The notes beneath the pieces are model-generated. The model was given only the letters and a program-made list of their open reading frames with translations, made no database searches and had not been told where the DNA came from. From Octopus vulgaris (taxonomy: Eukaryota), in the NCBI GenBank assembly GCA_951406725.2, contig OX597831.1:24738001-24802000 (forward strand): a DNA stretch of 64,000 nucleotides, given 5' to 3'. Of the stretch, positions 25,221 through 38,361 are shown piece by piece (position 1 is the first letter of the stretch; every line of letters starts with the position of its first letter). Position numbers and translations under genes: made by a program.

Positions 25221-25642
25221 ACCTATTTCTTTACTACCCACAAGGAGCTAAACACAGAGAGGACAAACAAGGACAGACAAAAGGATTAAATCGATTACAT
25301 CGACCCCAGTGTGTAACTGGTACTTATTTAATCAACCCCGAAAGTATGAAAGGCAAAGTCAACCTTGGCAGAATTTGAACTCAGAACGTAAAGACAGATG
25401 AAATACCTATTTCTTTACTAACCACAAGGGGCTTAACACAGAGAGGACAAACAAGGACAGACAAACAGATTAAGTCGATTACATTGACCCCAGTGTGTAA
25501 CTGGTACTTAATTTATCGACCCCAAAAGGATGGAAGGCAAAGTCAACCTCGGCAGAATTTGAACTCAGAACATAACGGCAGACAAAATACCGCTAAGTAT
25601 TTCACCCGGCGTGCTAACGTTTCTGCCAGCTCACTGCCTTCA
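25221..25642 (-). mobile_element. SINE family D, dimeric form
   Basis: Full unit followed by a head-less second unit joined at gaaatag|gtatttc (rc). Confidence 0.9.
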
Positions 25643-25909
25643 AGCGAGTATCTGCATACCATAGTAGAAAGCAAATTTCAACAGAGTACTTTTTTCACTG
25701 GTATTTATGTCCTTTATTGATATACATTGGCAAAGAGGCACCAACTCATAAACTTATATGCATAATACAAGTACCAGACTGAAATTTTGAACTGAGAAGG
25801 ATCCAATCAGCTAAACTCGTCAAGGTGGTCTTCCAGGTGGTGTTCCAAGGTGGTGTCCAATGACTAAAACCATTAAATGAATATAAACATACATGAATAT
25901 AAACATAGA

Positions 25910-26302
25910 GGTGCAGGAGTGGCTGTGTGGTAAGTAGCTTGCTTATCAACCACATGGTTACAGGTTCAGTCCCACTGTGTAGCATCTTGGGCATATAGCC
26001 TCAGGCCGACCAAAGCCTTGTAAGGGGATTTGGTAGACAGAAACTGAAAGAAGCCCGTCATATATATGTATGTATGTCTGTGTATATGTTTGTGTGTCTG
26101 TGTTTGTCCCCCCCCCCCAACATCACTTGACAACCAATGCTGGTGTGTTTACATCCCCGTAACTTAGCGGTTCAGCAAAAGAGACTGATAGAATAAGTAC
26201 TAGACTTACAAAGAATAAGTCCTGGGGTAGATTTGCTTGACTAAAAGTGGTGCTCCAGCATGGCCGCAGTCAAATGACTGAAACAAGTAAAAGAGTAAAA
26301 GA
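25910..26302 (+). mobile_element. SINE family A
   Basis: Family homology. Confidence 0.92.
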
Positions 26303-27560
26303 AGGGTGGTGTGGGCAAACCGTTAGACAGCTTTCTCATAAGGGATAAGGTGAAATCGCCTATAATGAATTCATTGAATTTTTGAACAATCAACAGCTAC
26401 TTTGCCATTTGATTGCTACTAGAATTTTCTGGAAAGAAAAATTAGCAATAATTGAACCAAGTGGAGGTTTTTTATCTGAATTGTATTATTCTCCAAAAGC
26501 TACATTAGGGATTTCTCCATAAATACTTGAAACATTTTATCAAATTATTTATCTTTTTTAGATTACTATTTTCAGGATTGTCAACCTCATCTTCAAAGAT
26601 TTTTTTCAATCACTACATCACAACTGTATTTTGCTTGATTTGATCTCTGATCATCGCCAGGTGATATACCAACAGATGTGTGTAAATACCACATAGATTC
26701 AAACCAATTGAAACTTATCGTAGATGTAAATATTAAAAGATCGCTCATCCGTAAAGATGAAATTAATAGTCCGAAAAATTATAATCTTATTAAAAACAAT
26801 TTCTCTTAGACATTCAGATATTGATCTATACTTTGTTGTTTTATTTATTTTCTATTTTTCTTATTTTATTTATTTTCTTTTTTCTTTTTAGTGCCAACTC
26901 TAGTATTCATAATAATGATAATGCTGTTAGATTGGTCGACATGTTCTTATAAAATGACATCCACTTAATAAAATGTGATTTCTTGTGTGTGATTGTGGAA
27001 TGTTTTTTGTGTTTTTTTTTTCTTCTTTTTAATACATATAACCAGAGCAAGAAAACAGCACTTAGTCTTAGAGATGAGAAAAAGGGATGAAGTTACCCTC
27101 AGACAGGAGTTCTAGACAAATTAATTACTGAAGTCATTTACAAGTGTTAAAACTGTCCTCACATTACGCCTGCTTCCCAAAAGTATGTGCAACCTCTCTG
27201 TCAAATTGTTTCACAGTTTTCATTCTCAAAATGTAAAAAAAGCTGTAGTAAACTTGACATTAAAGAAGCAGACACTTGCCCAAGGTGTTGCATAGTTGCG
27301 CCAAACCCCAAGCCATGCGACTTCTTACACTTGACACGTAACCTTTGCTTACAAGAACAAAGGTTATATGTCACCGAGTCTGGTGAAAAGACCAGGAAAA
27401 CCAAACAATATTCTCTTTATGATAGAAAACATTTAAACAGACTAAATCTTGCTATTTCCTTTGCAGACATTGACTGTCCGTGAGTTGGTGTGTTTTCTCA
27501 GACTTTTATGTTGTCAAGCAGATATTAGATATGTGCTCCTCCCCCTTGGTAGGACACTAA

Positions 27561-27938
27561 TCTCTCTCTATATAAAGCTGAAGTTGTCTGTGTATGGCAG
27601 GTTTGGTAGCCTTCAACTAACACTATTTCCTCCAAGACCCTGTGACACAAGTTATACAAAATTGAAAGTATGGTAGAAGAAGGCTTGCTCTTCATTCTGT
27701 AGAAGAAAAAATTCAAATCGGACCATGTTAACACTAAGAATTATTTACATCAAAAAGGTGCGTTTTTTCTATGAAAATCCCTATTTTCTACGATTTTTTG
27801 ACAGCTGTGTCGCTATTTTTTGGTGTATTTCAACCAGAAAAATGTTCACTTAAAGAGAATAGCAAAACTTTTACTTTTCGAAAATTCCAATTCTAAAGGG
27901 TCGAAACAGACCTGAGCAACGCCGGGCGATACTGCTAG
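27561..27938 (+). mobile_element. Non-autonomous Helitron
   Basis: A|TC(tctc)tatataaag 5' end; subterminal GC-rich stem cctgagcaacgccggg; CTAG|T 3' end; no TSD. Confidence 0.78.
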
Positions 27939-29186
27939 TTTATCATAAATTGATTTACATTTCTGGAAAACTAAGCACTGTACTGAGGGTCTTCAGTCAT
28001 GAATTTGCTGATACTACTACTACTAGCAGTTCTTACTTTGTTCTAAGCGTTCTCAACTGCTGAGATTTAAATGTTTTTTTCTGACTGCTATCACAATCTA
28101 GTTCCAGTGTTTATATGCACACCATTAATTAATTTCTTGTCTAGTTGTTTTGTTTTTTTTTTCAACTTACCCATCATATGGTGGTTAGAAACACAAGATA
28201 AAAAAATAAATTAACTAGTTTAGCTGTTATCTCGATCCCACACAGAATATACAACTGTGTTGATAATTTTAAATGCTCTTTCAGAGTTACTGATAACATG
28301 AGAAAGTTAATTTTGTATTAATAGATTTTATTATTGCCGTTGAATCCAAGATGAGAAATATAAATGTCATTCTATTTTTATGGAACAAATCCACTAATCT
28401 TGATCATTGTGCTATTAATAACAGTCTTGTTCACAGTCAAAGACAAATTAAATTTGTAAAAATTCAATCCATCTCAATAAAGTATGTTCTAATAATCTCC
28501 CACTCATGTACTTAGGTTTATGTGAGTGTGTATGTGCATGAAGGCGTTTTGTTTTTGTTGTTGCTTTTTTTTTTTGTATGTGTGTATATCTGCACTTTAT
28601 AAAGCAATACAGAAATGTACAAATTCTTGTACAAAAGAGTTTGAGTATGCCAACATACAAAAATCTTCTTTAAATGAACAGTGTGACTTCCTGCTTTTGT
28701 TTCTTAATTTTTAATTAATTGGGATAAATTACATTGCAAATTAAATGTGTTTTTTTTTTTACATATTTTTTCTTTTCATTTATTAATCTATTACTTTCAT
28801 TGCTAATGATATTCCTCAGTTGGATGGATGGATGGTGGATTCACAGAATCGATAAACTGTAAAACCAAATGCATTGTGGTTTTTTTTATTGATATCCACT
28901 TAAGTAGTGAGTTCACATCCTAACAGGATAGAGTTTTGCTTGACATCCCTTTGAAGTTAATAAAATAAGTAACAGACTTCTCTCCTCACAAAATTCCTCG
29001 ATTTCTTTTCTTATAAGAAATCTTTATTATCACACATACCTATCATCATCATCATTATAAACCTTTATATATATGTTTGGCAGAAACAATAGAGTGACTC
29101 AAGGGTCTACTCATATTTTTAGTTCTATTTGTTCTGTTTGCATCATCATGCCTATATATATGTGTGTGTGTAAACATGTATATTTG

Positions 29187-29217
<31 letters not shown>

Positions 29218-29311
29218 GTATATCTATGTATGTATATAAATGTATATCTGTATGTGTGTGTATATATATATAAATGTATATAGGTGTGTGTGTATATACA
29301 TATATATATAC

Positions 29312-29352
<41 letters not shown>

Positions 29353-29925
29353 CTAGCTGAATTACCCAGTAATACCTGGAAAAGCAGGGGTTATTTCCAG
29401 TTACTATACCCATTACACTTTTTCATGTCCTATCCTTTTCCCTGTTCAGTTCCTGTTTTAGTTTTGCTCCCATTCCTATCCCCAATCCCATGTCAATATA
29501 TTAATTTTAGAATCAGTTAGATGTAATTAAGCCATTAAATATTTTATTAACATTTATGGTAATAGTTTATTGCTAAAAGTAGGTAGAACAAACTATTAAT
29601 ATGATTAGTGGGTGAACAAGGAATGTCCCTATATTATTTTAACAAGCAAATCTGCATCTGAGTAAAATAAATGAGTTGACCAGTAATACCAGGAAAGGCG
29701 GGGTTGTCCCCAGTTCCCGTTTACCATTACACTGTTCCATATCCTATCTCATTTCCTGTTCAGTTCCTGTCTTTATGCCCAACTCATTGTTTATGGTAAT
29801 AGTTTATTTCTAAAAATAAGTATTACAAACCATCAGTTCACTTAGTGGGTGAATAAGGAATATCCTTATATTATTCTAACAAACGAATATGAATCTGAGT
29901 AAGATAAATTAGACAAAAAGATAGA
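29353..29925 (-). mobile_element. Non-autonomous Helitron-like element with internal ~320 bp tandem duplication
   Basis: rc ends A|TCTATC ... ccaggtattactggg stem ... CTAG|T; units starting ccagtaatacc at about 29366 and 29680. Confidence 0.62.
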
Positions 29926-29947
29926 TTTACTAATGCATTGATAAATA

Positions 29948-30225
29948 GTCCGCCACCTTGACTGGCTTCCGTGCTGGTGGCATGTAAAAAGCACCAACCG
30001 ATTGTGGCCGTTGCCAGCCTTGCCTGGCACCTGTGCCGGTGGCACGTAAAAAGCACCCACTGCACTCACGGAGTGGTTGGTGTTAGGAAGGGCATCCAGC
30101 TGTAGAAACACTGCCAGATCAGACTGGAGCCTGGTGCAGCCTTCTGGCTTACCAGACCCCAGTCGAAAGGTCCAACCCATGCTAGCATGGAAAGCGGACG
30201 TTAAACGATGATGATGATGATGATG
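29948..30225 (+). mobile_element. Retroposon family B
   Basis: Family homology; (gat)n tail. Confidence 0.88.
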
Positions 30226-30867
30226 TTTTGTAGCTGGCATCATCATGTGTCATAGCTTATAGTACCTGATTTGTAAACGTTCTACAGCCCCTCTCCCTAG
30301 AGGGCCTTTTATAGATTTTTATTGCAATTCATTTGGCCTATAATTCAAGTGGATGTTAGGAACAAATAAATAACAAAATTAAATTTGAAGGGAAAAATTA
30401 TTTCAATATAACAAATTTGAAAATTTTTACATAATTTTAAAATCTCACAGTATGTGACAGCAACAGGAAAGACCCTACAAAAGTAGAGACAGACAATTAT
30501 TGGATGTGACATGTACACACACACAAATTTACAAACATACACACAGGCAATCACAAGTTTAAAATGGTGTATAGTAGACATGTGTATGTATGTATGTAAA
30601 TATATGTATGTGTATTTCTTTGTGATGAATAGCAGATAAACCACCTACCCTTAAAGCTACATATTCATCACTTGCACCTTTCTGTGTATGTGTCATATTT
30701 ATGTATCTACGAAAGTATATATACAGTGTCGCATGTATATGACAGGCATATTAACATTAACAGACCATTTCTACCACTGTTCTCACCTTTACTGTTATAA
30801 GACATCCTCTCTTTGCTACTTTCCCTCCAACTAATACTTTTTTGCAACCTTCCATTTTATCACATAA

Positions 30868-31045
30868 TTCGCCAAATGCCTAGGGAGGGGGCACATTATA
30901 GACTTTTATTTAAATCCAATTAGCCTATTATTGAACTGGATGTCAGTGTAACATGTTTGCAAAATTTCATGAATATTGGTTTGCTGGTTTCGGCACTAAG
31001 AGGATAACTGATGAACAGACAGACAAAAATTGCCATTTACATATA
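30868..31045 (-). mobile_element. Helitron-like 5' end fragment
   Basis: caaaatttcatgaatattgg..acagacagac..tttacatatata pattern typical of Helitron 5' ends read on the opposite strand. Confidence 0.45.
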
Positions 31046-31060
31046 TATATATATATATAT

Positions 31061-31212
31061 ACCGGAGTAAACACATAAATGTGAAACAAGGTGGAAAAAA
31101 GAGTACTCAAATACCAGTGGTAGAGTAATATGCTTTATTTAAAGCAGCAGAAAATTCAATAAAACCTGTTACTCTGAGTTTCACTCTGAGTTCGTCGGAC
31201 AGTTTTTGCTAT
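31061..31212 (-). mobile_element. Penelope-like terminal-repeat fragment in (TA)n
   Basis: Hammerhead-like motif followed by AATAAA (rc) and a T-rich end; flanked by TA runs. Confidence 0.55.
31166..31202 (-). ncRNA. Minimal type I hammerhead-like motif (CCGACGA core variant)
   Basis: rc: CUGU-CCGACGA-ACUCAGAGU-GAAA-CUCAGAG-UA-ACAG; stem I CUGU/ACAG; near-palindromic stem III; GUA triplet. Confidence 0.5.
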
Positions 31213-32077
31213 ATATTATATAAATAAATATATTTAAATGAAAAAATTGGTGGATTTTTTCTCTTATGAGGGTTTTCATGCTAACTACTTGATAAATTCT
31301 TATAAAGATTTTATCCTATTTTTAGATTGTATATGATTGATTCGATTGATTCTAGTTTCAGCTTATGAGCTGTGGCCATGCTGGGGCACCGTACATACAT
31401 ATATATATATATATATTTCCATACACACACACATATATATATATATAATGTAAAAATGTTGGATGGCAGGATTAGAACATGGACATAACATTGGAGAAAA
31501 TGTTTGGCAGTATATAATTACTTACCTTTTAGTTCTGTTTTAATTTTCTACTTTGTCATTAGTGGTGTTATTTCTTAGCCCAGGTTAACAACAATCAAGA
31601 ATTTATTTTATCTATGACCATTCAGTCTTCTCATTTTGAAGTCATCCACTCCTTGTTTTTATAAGTTTATTGTATGATCTGAGAGAAATTTACATACCAT
31701 CTATGCAAGAACTTAATTAATATTTAATTAACTTTGTCTTTGCCTAACATTTCTATACTTTTTGGAAGTTAGAAACTTAGAAATTATTATTCTATATGTA
31801 ACTATAATTGTATTTATTAATACATGACTTTATTTATATATTTATTTGTTAGCTATAATTATTAGAGATTGTTAATATTTTATGTATAAAAGACTTATTT
31901 CTTCATTCATATTCTTTTTATTGCAATTGGTGACTGTTTGTGAATAACAGGATTGTTGATTTCAGGTTTCCAATGAACCAACCACAAGGAAGCATCTTTG
32001 GTCTTCTAATTTCACCAATGTCTGCTATATTCTTCACCAATATGTGAAAGATGTATATATATGTGTGTGAATATATA

Positions 32078-32330
32078 TCATTGTCATTTGACATCCATTG
32101 TCCATGCTGGCATGAGTTGAATGGTTTGATTAGGCTGGAAAGCTGTACCAAAATCCAATCTTATGTGGCATGTTTTCTATGGTTGGATGCTCTTCTTAAT
32201 GCCAACCACTCTGAGGGAGTAATAAGTGCTTTTACATGCCCCCAGCATGGGTGCTATTTGTGTGACACTGCTATCTGCCATGACCATGATTTTGCTCAGC
32301 TTCATGGGTCTTCTTCTCAAGAGCAATAAC
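32078..32330 (-). mobile_element. Retroposon family B, diverged
   Basis: ccatgctggcatg..ggatgc..aatgccaaccact..gcttttacat. Confidence 0.7.
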
Positions 32331-32419
32331 TGTAGGATGCTGTGTGGGCTAGAAATCAAGTAGTGAAAATCAAAGTGGCATAGTTTTGGAAATAACTTCC
32401 TGCTATTACTTCTCCAGCA

Positions 32420-32839
32420 AGGCGGCGAGCTGGCAGAAATGCTAGCACGCCGGGCGAAATTCTTAGCGGTATTTTGTCTGCTGCTACGTTCTGAGTTCAA
32501 ATTCCCCCGAGGTCGACTTTGCCTTTCATCCTTTCAGGGTCAATTAAATAAGTACCAGTTACGCACTGGGGTCGATATAATCGACTTAATCTGTTTGTCT
32601 GTCCTTGTTTGTCCTCTCTGTGTTTAGCCCCTTGTGGGTAGTAAAGAAATTGGTATTTCGTCTGCCGCTATGTTCTGAGTTCAAATTCTGCCGAGGTTGA
32701 TTTTGTCTTTCATTCTTTCAGGGTCGATTAAATAAGTACCAGTTACGCACTGGGGTCGATATAATCGACTTAATCTGTTTGTCTGTCCTTGTTTGTCCAC
32801 TCTATGTTTAGCCCCTTGTGGATAGTAAAGAAATAGGTA
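32420..32839 (+). mobile_element. SINE family D, dimeric form
   Basis: ggcggcgagctggcagaa head; second unit starts ggtatttcgtctg after the first tail. Confidence 0.92.
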
Positions 32840-34286
32840 CTACTTCTCCAGTAGTGTCAGTTCATATCACTATGGTGACAGACATGACAATGAAAAGGAC
32901 TCAGAATTTAGCAGACAAAACATACAAACAAGATGAAAACTAATAAGCTTCTACACAGTTTCCTTCTACAAATTTCCAATTAAAAAATCACAAGTTCAAA
33001 TTGATATTTTTGTAGGAGACATTTGCCAAGTTGCTGTGCTTTGAGATTGAACATGGAACACAGCATAGTTGCAATGCAAGCTTCCATGTCACACAGTTAT
33101 GCTCGCTTCCATTTTAATTCAATAGACTTTAGCCATTCCTAACAAATAGATTTGCATGCATCACCTACTACAAAAGTGTCACCTGGTGCCTGTCTATTAA
33201 ATTATTATTGAATTTTGTTTTCAATTTCTTTTTCATAAATACCATTGATTAATTGATTTTCATATCGTAATCTTTGCTCTATCAAACACATAGCACCACT
33301 ATACCTATACATAACCCCTTCAATATATTTTTTCACTTTCTTTTATTTTTAAATATCTTTTCTATAGACATTTCTCTAGATGTGGCAGACAAACCAATGT
33401 TTATCAGGTTGTTGTTGCCGCTGCTACTGTTGTTGTTGTTGTTGTTGTTGTCATCGTCGTTGAATCGTATTTGTTTATTTTATTTTATTTTATTTTTATA
33501 AGCATTTAATTTTTGAGATCAAATACACTCATTAACTTTCATGTTTTTTAGGAAATCACATACAATTAATTCAGGGTATCAAATGACAGCAGTTAATAGA
33601 ATTCACAGAAGCTGAGGGAATATATGCTACCAAAAATTGATTTTTCTCCCTTTCCTCGCCCCACCCACCATTTCTTCATCTTCTTCCTTTTCTTTTTCTT
33701 TCACCCATACTACAAGTTGAATCACTCAATTAACTGCTAATATTTTTCTGATGTCAGCAGCTAATATAAATCTGCTAAACAAATTGGTTTTTCTTGTACA
33801 AAGATCAAAATCGGTTTTAGTATATGACTTTCTCCCCCTCTCCTCTACCTTCTCCATCCTCTAACCCCTTTCTCTCTCTCTCTCTCTTACTTTCCCTCCC
33901 TCTCTCTCTCTTTCTCTTTCCCTCCATCTATATCTCTCTCTCTCACGCATACTCATAGCTACTACACACATTTCTGTTATGTTACATTTCTGGAATGAAT
34001 TTCTTAGTTTTAATAGAATTATAAACATATATTTAACGGGTGTTTTCTGAGATGGTAGGTGTTGTCCAGCTGGATTGTTGGACTATAATTAATTTAGTAT
34101 TTCTCAGTTTTCTATTCAAATAGTTATGGGAGGTGAATGAATGTAAATTTGGATTTTATTCATTCAAGGACGGAAGAGGAAAATCATGGACTTGGTTGTT
34201 TGACCTCAAATGAGCCTTAGACAAACAGCCTTGTTATCGAAGATATTCCAGTCATGTCCATACTATCATTTCAGAGGTCTCTCCCC

Positions 34287-34500
34287 CTACTTGCTCCAGT
34301 CATTGAACAATGGCCATGCTGGAGCACTGCCTAGAAGGTTTTAGCTGAACAAATCAATCCCAAAACTAATTTTTTAAACTTGGTACTTACTGTATCAGTT
34401 TCTTTTTGCTAAAGCATTAAATTACAGGGACATAAACAAACCAACATTGGTGTCAAACAGACATGGAGGACAGGCACAAACACAGACACATACACATAGA
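34287..34500 (-). mobile_element. Old SINE family A 3' half
   Basis: Diverged reverse complement of the A tail half. Confidence 0.7.
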
Positions 34501-34570
34501 TATTTACATTATATACATATGTATTTTTATGCATGTATATGTGCCTATATATATATATATATTTATATAT

Positions 34571-34809
34571 CTTTTACTTGTTTCAGTCATTTGACTGTGG
34601 CCATGCTGGAGCACCGCCTTTAATTGAGCAACTCGACCCCGGGACTTATTCTTTTGTAAGCCCAGTACTTATTCTATCGGTCTCTTTTTGCCGAACCGCT
34701 AAGTGACGGAGATGTAAACACACCAGCATCGGTGTCAAGCAATGCTAGGGGGACAAACACAGACACACAAACACACACGCATATACATACATACATACAT
34801 ACATACATA
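34571..34809 (-). mobile_element. SINE family A 3' half
   Basis: Family homology; stops at the central microsatellite where a MITE begins. Confidence 0.9.
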
Positions 34810-35100
34810 CAGTGGCAGACTAGAGCTAAAAATATTGGTTGCCAGGAGACTAAGGGGGCTCACCCACAACTACAATGCTATCATTTAATTTCTTTTTTTT
34901 TTTTTTTTGAAAATACTCTTTTCAACTGTCTACAAACACAACCAGGCTGAAATAATTAATTCCAGGAGTGAATAAAAAAATTCTCAAACATGAGGGGATG
35001 GGCCCCTTAGATACTAACATGGGCTCCCATAAATCGATTCTAATGGCACAGGAGCCCACTTGCCATTGGGCAAGCTGGCAACCTGACCAGTCCACCACTG
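34810..35100. mobile_element. DNA-transposon MITE, superfamily uncertain
   Basis: TIRs cagtggcagactag / ccagtccaccactg; TA on both sides; no 8 bp TSD. Confidence 0.75.
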
Positions 35101-36001
35101 TATTCAACCACATGTCGAAACAGTGTCCCATTGTGTCTCTTACTTGACAATAAAGACAACATCACCTAACGTTTCTTCCCCATTTTAAAAATAATGATGT
35201 GATTCAGAGGGGATTCTGTTCTTATTTCTAGCCGACTAAGCAATTATGTATAGGATCTTGCTTGCACTAAGAATCTGTGGAAAATATAACTCATCCAAAA
35301 GACAAAACGCAGAATAAAATACACTTTTGTTCTATTCTCGAAGAAGGAGGAAATATATTCTCAACTTGACAATAAATTAGTTTAGATGTGACAAGCCTGA
35401 TGGACACCAAAAATAAATAAATAAGCATGAGAAATAAAAGGGACTTATTTTCAACAAGAAGAATATATGAAAAATGGGGAAATGTGATTATTGAATACAG
35501 AAATGAACATAGCACGAGAACACAGTGTTCGTTTTGGTAATCAATAGCTTCTGTATGTCGATATGTATATGTCGATATGTATATGTATATTATTGTACCT
35601 ATATGTATATGAACATACATGCACATATGTGTGATATATTTCAGCTATGCAATAAATGTGAGACATGTATGTACAGTGACATTTTGAAGAATATATATAC
35701 GTATGAGTTTACATCCTTGCCAGGACATGCTGAAAGTGGAATCTAAATGCAAGGAAGAAAAGTAATATAGTTTATAGAAAGTTTTCACTGTGAAAAACTG
35801 CTGGCTGTAAAGGTCATCTGCCAGTGTTGTTCCTTTGTTTAGTAGTAACTAAGGTCATATTACTAGTAATTTGATCGGCTATTATTGAAACTGTGGTTGT
35901 TCTGTACAGCTATATTTGATGTATCACTACTGAGTTGTGTTAGCTTTTGGAAGAGCTGCCTGTGGCACAGTGGATTTAGGCTGTAGGTGAAAGCCAGTAT
36001 A

Positions 36002-36122
36002 CTCTTTTTACTCTTTTTACTTGTTTCAGTCATTTGACTGCGGCCATACTGGAGCACCGCCTTTAGTCGAGCAAATCGACCCCGGGACTTATTCTTTGTA
36101 AGCCCAGTACTTATTCTATCGG
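36002..36122 (-). mobile_element. SINE family A 3' segment (part of C-A chimera)
   Basis: Family homology. Confidence 0.9.
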
Positions 36123-36146
36123 TATGTGTATGTGTATTTTTTTTTG

Positions 36147-36448
36147 TTGTTTGTTCCTTCTCGAGCCATGTGTGGTTCATAAGGACCGGTTTCCCGGTTT
36201 CCTTGGCATATAGATTCCCCACCTGGATGGGACGCCGGTCCATCGCAGGTGAGCACCAAGATGCAGGAGGAAAAAGTGAGAGAAAGTTGTGGTGAAAAAG
36301 TTAGCAGAAGTTCGCCATTACCTTCTGCCGGAGCCGCGTGGAGCTTAGGTGTTTCGCTCATAAACACACACATCGTCCAGTCTGAGGTTCGAACCTGTGA
36401 TCCCTCGACCGCAAGTCCGCTGCTCTAACCACTAGGCCATGTGCCTCC
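36147..36448 (-). mobile_element. SINE family C, full length
   Basis: Family homology. Confidence 0.92.
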
Positions 36449-37526
36449 AGTATATGCATTGTGTCATCTTGAATCATTGCCAGATCTTAGAAAAACTGCT
36501 GTTTCAAGTACTGATTCATAAGCTGGTGATGAAATGCCTGTTTATCGCTGAGTAAGCCTAGCAACTAACTGGTTGTTAGAAATTCCTGAAAAAGTGCAGT
36601 TGATCATTGTGTTGTTACCATATCAGCTACTACTGCTGTCAGTCAATAGACATGCCATATGATCAGTTGGGGTCAGGTAATTAAACTGCAAATCAAATCT
36701 ATATTCATAGGTTTGTATTGTTGAGATGCAAAGAATATAGTCTCCTCATGGGAGACGTGCTGTATCTAAAAGGAGGTTGATCAATTGTTGAAAGTAAGAA
36801 GATACTTCCTTGGATCCAAGAATGGTCCTGTCTCCATCCACAAACATTTGTGATTGCCTTGAATATGAATATACCTGGGATACATTTATCAAAATCTAAT
36901 ATTGATTCAATCCTTGCTCTTATTGGTCTAATACTGCGCTCAAATGTGATATAAAATTTATTGTTGCCTAGGCAGAATGGTCTGCTCTCTATTCTCAGTA
37001 ACATTCCTCAGATGATCTGGTCCCTGTGTGAAATAGCTCCTATTATGTATGATTCCATTCGGATCAAGGATGCATTGTTGGAATTGACACCAATACTTCA
37101 TTTGTACATTATTGACTCTGGGAGGGCGAAATTTAAAGTTGAACTCAGTGACATTTGAACTCAGATCATCATCAACTTTAGCTCAATACTGCAGGTGTTT
37201 TATCCTACATTCCAACTGCTGCACAGCCCAACATCTTGGTAGGATAATGTATCCAGCATAGAAATATCAGGAAATGTTTGTGATGAACTATCATATTTGC
37301 TCAAAGTGTAATGCTAAACTTTCCCCAGAATATTCTAGGAGATTAACCCTAATATATTTCTAACAATAATAGATATATAATTTCTGGCAAAACAAGGAAG
37401 CCATTTTAGAGCATTACATGTCAATACCACAGCTAGTTGGTTTCTAAGATTCTGATTCAAGGAATATATCTTGATGTAAAATATCTATAACTTGGAAGAA
37501 TAGAATCCTTCTATTTACACTAATCC

Positions 37527-37782
37527 TCATCATCACCATCTAACATCTATGGTCCATGCTGGCATACGTTGGATGGTGTGACTAGAGCTGGCAAGCTGCA
37601 TCAGACTCCAGTCTGATTTGGCGTGGTTTCTATGGCTGGATGCCCTTTGTAACACCAATCCCTTTACAGAGTGTGCTGGGTGTTTTATGTGGCCCTGCAT
37701 GGGTGTTTTTACGAGGTTACACATGGGTGCTTTTACATGGTGCCACATGGGGGATTTGACATGGCACCACATGGGAGCTTTT
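37527..37782 (-). mobile_element. Family B variant with ~23 bp internal tandem units
   Basis: B motifs, then catgggtg(c/t)tttt..cacatggg repeats. Confidence 0.72.
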
Positions 37783-38299
37783 ATGTGAAATGGAATTTTT
37801 TAAACACATATTTAGAATAGTATGTACAAGATAGAACATTCTCATTTCTTTCATAAATTAATTTTTTCTTAGATGTTAATATCTGATACAGTTCATCTAT
37901 ACATAAGATAAGTCTGGCATTATTAATTTTGTATAATCTAGTATGACTAAGAATTTTCCAATTTATGTCATATAATTTCTTACTGTCCTTCAATTTCCAA
38001 GTTAGTTTATCTAGACTAGTGTTCTTAAACCTATCTCTATTCCTAATTGTGTACTCATGTTTTGCAATTCGCTTTTCAATAAAATTTTCCGTTGACCCTA
38101 TGTGAAAATATTTTTTGTCATTCTGAATCCAACTTACATCTATGTACTATTATTCTGTAAGTAAAAATTATTAAAATAATATTTATCCTTATATCTGCAA
38201 GCACAATTTCTAGCTAGATCATTATCTGTAATAGTATTATTATTTCTGTTTTTATAAAAATTATCAAAACTTTTATTATTAAATGAAGAGATAATTCTA

Positions 38300-38361
<62 letters not shown>

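Noticed and set aside
36705-37004. 99 aa non-repetitive minus-strand ORF
   Set aside because: No recognisable domain or splice context; compatible with chance or a decayed element.
37690-37782. Regularly spaced short repeats (also 4750-4925 and 8000-8500) superficially like a CRISPR array
   Set aside because: Degenerate tandem units without unique spacers, in a eukaryotic context with no cas genes.
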